Under the pieces are notes generated by a model. It was given only the letters and a program-made list of their open reading frames with translations, did not search any database and was not told the DNA's origin. Shown here in pieces: positions 60,909 to 64,000 of a DNA stretch of 64,000 nt; position 1 is the first letter of the stretch, and each line of letters opens with the position of its first letter. Origin of the DNA: an uncultured Erysipelotrichaceae bacterium (GTDB lineage Bacteria; Bacillota_I; Bacilli_A; RF39; UBA660); contig CADBGE010000001.1 in assembly GCA_902794075.1 (NCBI GenBank), forward strand, positions 276,477 through 340,476. The letters are read 5' to 3'. A program made the translations under genes and the position numbers.

Positions 60909-62504
60909 TTAATATTTTGCATTTCTATTTGCACGTCTTGCCTGATTCCTCATTTGGTCAGATATCATCTTTCTTACATCCTCCTCTGTAAAGTCAGGAT
61001 CATCCGCACAAGTTTCAAAAATCTTTGCACAAATTGCAAACGTACGAATAGAAATTTCCATGTCTTCACCATTTTGAGACATTTCCTTAAGGTAATCATA
61101 TGCCTTAATCTTTGAACGACTTGACAAATGCTCGGGATCAATGGCAGGCATAATTCGTTTTACAATATACAACAAATCCTCATTTGTAAAATTAATGTCC
61201 ATCACAAAAGAACGACCTCTAAGAGCAGTGTCCAATGCCCCAACATTATAATTTGTGATAATAATTATTGAACCATTATAGAACATCTTTTTAGGAATTG
61301 GGTCTCCATCATCATCAAGCAACCTTCCTGCAACGCCGTACATAACGAGACGTCCCTCATCATCAGTTGTTGAATCCAATGCACCTTTAAGAATGTTGAT
61401 ACAATCCTCTGGTGCGCGAGGTCCAACGAGAGAATCAGCGTCATCAATAACAACAATGTCACCCTTTGCACGATATTGATAAAGTGCCATATAAAGTTGT
61501 CGTGGAGAACAACGACCTTTGATTGTGTACAAATTTGTTCCTTCTTTATATCCTGATGCTTTAAGTTGTTGCATTACGTTATATGTTTTACCTACACCAG
61601 GAGCACCACAAAGAATAACAGATGGATTAATTCCTCTTGCGACCATACTTACATATTTACGCATTTTCTTAAAAACAAATTCAGGGTCCTCTCGTTCAGC
61701 ATCAAGTTCATCTTGTTGCTTTTTCATTATCTCATCAATTTCTGCAATAACCTGAACATTTTTCTTTATTGCGGCCTTTAACTCAGGAAGTGTATTTGCA
61801 CCGCCCTTTACAGCATTCCAAACTTCTTTAACTTCATCAAGTAATCTTTTATATGTTTCCTTTGCCTTAGCTGAATCATTTTTGTTTAATCTTGCATTAT
61901 CTTTTTCACTTGACTTCATTTTTGCAAAATCTCTTGCACTTGAAATGTTTTTGGATTCGATCATAAATGATTTTTTAATTAACGATTCAGATAAATTATT
62001 TGTTATATAATATGGTAACGCACCAACAAAAAATTCAAATGATTTGCATTCTTTAACAAATATTTCCTTGCCTAATTTTTTGATTTCATTTGTAGTTATG
62101 TCAATGCTATCTGAATTAATAATTGTCCATATAACAGGAAGAAAATATACTATGCTAGACCCAAGTGTGTATATAGAAAGATCAGTCTTAACAGGTTTAT
62201 CTGAAAACAATATATTGTAGTTACTAAAAAAGTCTATAGAATATACTTCATTTGATTCTGATGATCTTAAGAAATTCAAACTAAACATTTTTATATTTGT
62301 ATTATTGACAAGAAAATACTTTGTGATCATATATTCATTATCGACTTTCGTTTTTTCTGTGCCAACAATATGTGTTATGTGCTTTTTAGTATGCTTATTT
62401 AAACTATTGCATATTAACGAAAAAACTTTATCCATATCATCATTCTTAAAGCCTTCTCTAATGATAGTTTTTCGTTTTTCTATAAATTCCTTATATGATA
62501 TCAT
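60909..62504 (-). CDS. AAA+ ATPase with large unknown N-terminal domain and CTS-like leader
   Basis: 531 aa with Walker A LCGAPGVGKTY, Walker B DIVVIDDADSL and N-terminus MISYKEFIEK. Confidence 0.7.
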   Translation of the reverse strand: MISYKEFIEKRKTIIREGFKNDDMDKVFSLICNSLNKHTKKHITHIVGTEKTKVDNEYMITKYFLVNNTNIKMFSLNFLRSSESNEVYSIDFFSNYNILFSDKPVKTDLSIYTLGSSIVYFLPVIWTIINSDSIDITTNEIKKLGKEIFVKECKSFEFFVGALPYYITNNLSESLIKKSFMIESKNISSARDFAKMKSSEKDNARLNKNDSAKAKETYKRLLDEVKEVWNAVKGGANTLPELKAAIKKNVQVIAEIDEIMKKQQDELDAEREDPEFVFKKMRKYVSMVARGINPSVILCGAPGVGKTYNVMQQLKASGYKEGTNLYTIKGRCSPRQLYMALYQYRAKGDIVVIDDADSLVGPRAPEDCINILKGALDSTTDDEGRLVMYGVAGRLLDDDGDPIPKKMFYNGSIIIITNYNVGALDTALRGRSFVMDINFTNEDLLYIVKRIMPAIDPEHLSSRSKIKAYDYLKEMSQNGEDMEISIRTFAICAKIFETCADDPDFTEEDVRKMISDQMRNQARRANRNAKY

Positions 62505-62627
62505 AAAGTAAAATATTATGTATAATTAAAAATATTCATATATATTTGATGATATAAAAATGTGGCATAAAAAATGGGAACATATGTTCCCACTTAATAA
62601 TATGATTATAGAATTATTTTAATTGGA

Positions 62628-64000
62628 TTATCCACATCTTGACCAACCACAGTCAATGCAATGTATGCAACCATTCTCACGAATAAGCTTACCACCACAG
62701 TCTGGACATTTTTCTCCTTCAAGAACTTCATCCTTTTCATACTTACGAAGTATACGAACCATTGCTGATGTAAAGCTTGTGATATTGTCATCAACTTTCT
62801 GAGCAGTCTTAATAATATATTTTAGATTTGCTCCAGTACGCATTAGCATTGATGAATATAATGCTGTCGCAAGTTCCTCGGTTGTAAGCTTAGAACTGAT
62901 GTTCTCAATAACTATATTTTCAGATTCAAACTTATATACTGACTTCTTTATCTTAGTAATAGTTCCTTTATGCTGAGGTATTATTTTATTATTTTCAGAT
63001 CTATATACAAATATTTCATACGGCTTATTCTTATATAATCCAACCATTACATAGAATACTTCACCCTTAACCTTTGTTGAATAAAAATCTGCAGGAAGTG
63101 TCTTAGGACGTTTAGGAGCGTTCACATAACTTTCAAATTTGTCATCTTCCTTTTTCTGTTCTTTCTTTATCATAATACCTTCACGAGAACCGTCACGATA
63201 TACTGTGATGCCCTTTAGTCCGTTTCTCCAAGCTTCCATGTAAATGTTACTTACTTCTTCCTCAGTCACATCATTTGGAAGATTGACAGTAGAACTGATT
63301 GAATGTGTAATAAGATACTTCTGAACAATTCCTTGAACTTCAACACGTTTTTGCCAATCAATGTCCTGAGCACATGAACCATACCATGGTGACTGCTTAT
63401 AGATCTCTTCCCATTCCTTTTCTGTGAGTTCATCAAACTTTGAGAGCAGTTCAGGCATATTTGCTTCAGCCCATTTCTTTAGCTGTGGATGAACAACGAC
63501 AAATTCTGTAAAGTTAATGCCAAGCTTGTCAGTGTAGTCAATCCTATCTTCTGATGTAACGCATTTGCGACGACGAACATAATATGGCATAAATACTGGC
63601 TCAATTCCTGATGAAGTCTGAGTTAACATTGAGATTGTTCCTGTAGGTCCTGCTGTTGTGAATGAAATATTACGACGACCATTGTTCTTCATCTGCTCGT
63701 ATCGTCCAGGATATTCACTGTATATGAATCTAAACCATTCATTGAGATATGGCGTACCCCATTCATCTTTTATATTATTGTTTGTTTCAAGTTCTTTATC
63801 ATAATCTGGAAAAGTTCCACGTTCAAGAGCCATGTCAGTCTGACAGTCAAGAACAGCACTCATCATAAGCTTACAAACCTTCTCAATGAATTCATTTGAT
63901 TCTTTAGTACAAAACTTATATCCCATTGCTGCACACATATCTGACATTGCAGTAAATTCTAATCCGCAACGACGACCATTTTTGCCTTTTTCTAAAATTC
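62628..64000 (-). CDS. nrdJ: ribonucleotide reductase large subunit, class II (NrdJ-like), N-terminus outside the window
   Basis: TTAGPTGTISMLTQTSSGIEPVF is the conserved RNR active-site finger region. The C-terminal CPDCGGKL...CIHCIDCGWSRCG zinc-ribbon/redox tail is typical of NrdJ. The frame stays open upstream of the track Met at 63947 to the window edge (...GRRCGLEFTAMSDM). Confidence 0.7.
   Translation of the reverse strand, partial: ILEKGKNGRRCGLEFTAMSDMCAAMGYKFCTKESNEFIEKVCKLMMSAVLDCQTDMALERGTFPDYDKELETNNNIKDEWGTPYLNEWFRFIYSEYPGRYEQMKNNGRRNISFTTAGPTGTISMLTQTSSGIEPVFMPYYVRRRKCVTSEDRIDYTDKLGINFTEFVVVHPQLKKWAEANMPELLSKFDELTEKEWEEIYKQSPWYGSCAQDIDWQKRVEVQGIVQKYLITHSISSTVNLPNDVTEEEVSNIYMEAWRNGLKGITVYRDGSREGIMIKKEQKKEDDKFESYVNAPKRPKTLPADFYSTKVKGEVFYVMVGLYKNKPYEIFVYRSENNKIIPQHKGTITKIKKSVYKFESENIVIENISSKLTTEELATALYSSMLMRTGANLKYIIKTAQKVDDNITSFTSAMVRILRKYEKDEVLEGEKCPDCGGKLIRENGCIHCIDCGWSRCG

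Noticed and set aside
141-62511. About 55 ORF-track entries lying antisense to, or nested out of frame within, longer genes. Examples: 141-338, 901-1086, 1831-2088, 3422-3628, 5713-6000, 16051-16365, 22371-22625, 28609-29037, 34133-34381, 38013-38501, 39600-39911, 58459-58818, 61519-61755 and 62606-62794.
   Set aside because: They overlap longer ORFs that have recognisable motifs or fit the tight head-to-tail gene packing. Their products are low-complexity Ile/Phe/Ser/Leu-rich strings, which is what an AT-rich antisense strand produces. None has its own promoter-motif copy.
1-64000. Alternative genetic code (stop-codon reassignment), as seen in some AT-rich gut megaphages.
   Set aside because: Long ORFs of 822, 658, 629 and 598 aa are intact under the standard code and gene packing is tight. 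The Trp tRNA has a normal CCA anticodon. No clear suppressor tRNA was found.

Overview
Strongly AT-rich, gene-dense double-stranded DNA phage segment that reads cleanly in the standard genetic code. I count about 100 plausible CDS. Positions 1-36.7 kb are an almost unbroken minus-strand block of small early-type genes, split into transcription units by a recurring sigma70-like promoter motif. Six copies of that motif share an identical 41-bp architecture. The rest alternates between strands. It holds a C5 cytosine methyltransferase next to a T4 gp42-like dCMP hydroxymethylase (38.8-40.9 kb) and a plus-strand tail-fibre cassette (41.0-46.0 kb). A minus-strand array of nine tRNA or tRNA-like genes (46.05-47.49 kb) is interrupted by a free-standing PD-(D/E)xK homing endonuclease. 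Further along are a GH24 lysozyme, a four-gene kinase / nucleotidyltransferase / HAD / SDR module (49.2-53.2 kb) and a RimK-type ATP-grasp fused to a retropepsin-like domain. These are followed by BspA/DUF285 and Big_2-LRR proteins, gp25-like and J-like baseplate genes, an AAA+ ATPase and a truncated class II ribonucleotide reductase. An intact IS607-type element (serine recombinase tnpA plus tnpB) sits at 27.4-29.3 kb. The observations I rate highest: (1) six unrelated proteins share an N-terminal leader close to the T4 capsid-targeting sequence; (2) a predicted 5-hydroxymethylcytosine DNA pathway sits beside a C5 methyltransferase and near a sugar-activation module; (3) three tRNA-like genes fold without a canonical D arm, supported by compensatory base changes; (4) a RimK-protease fusion. 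All functional calls rest on motifs read by eye and on recalled family signatures. No database search was run.
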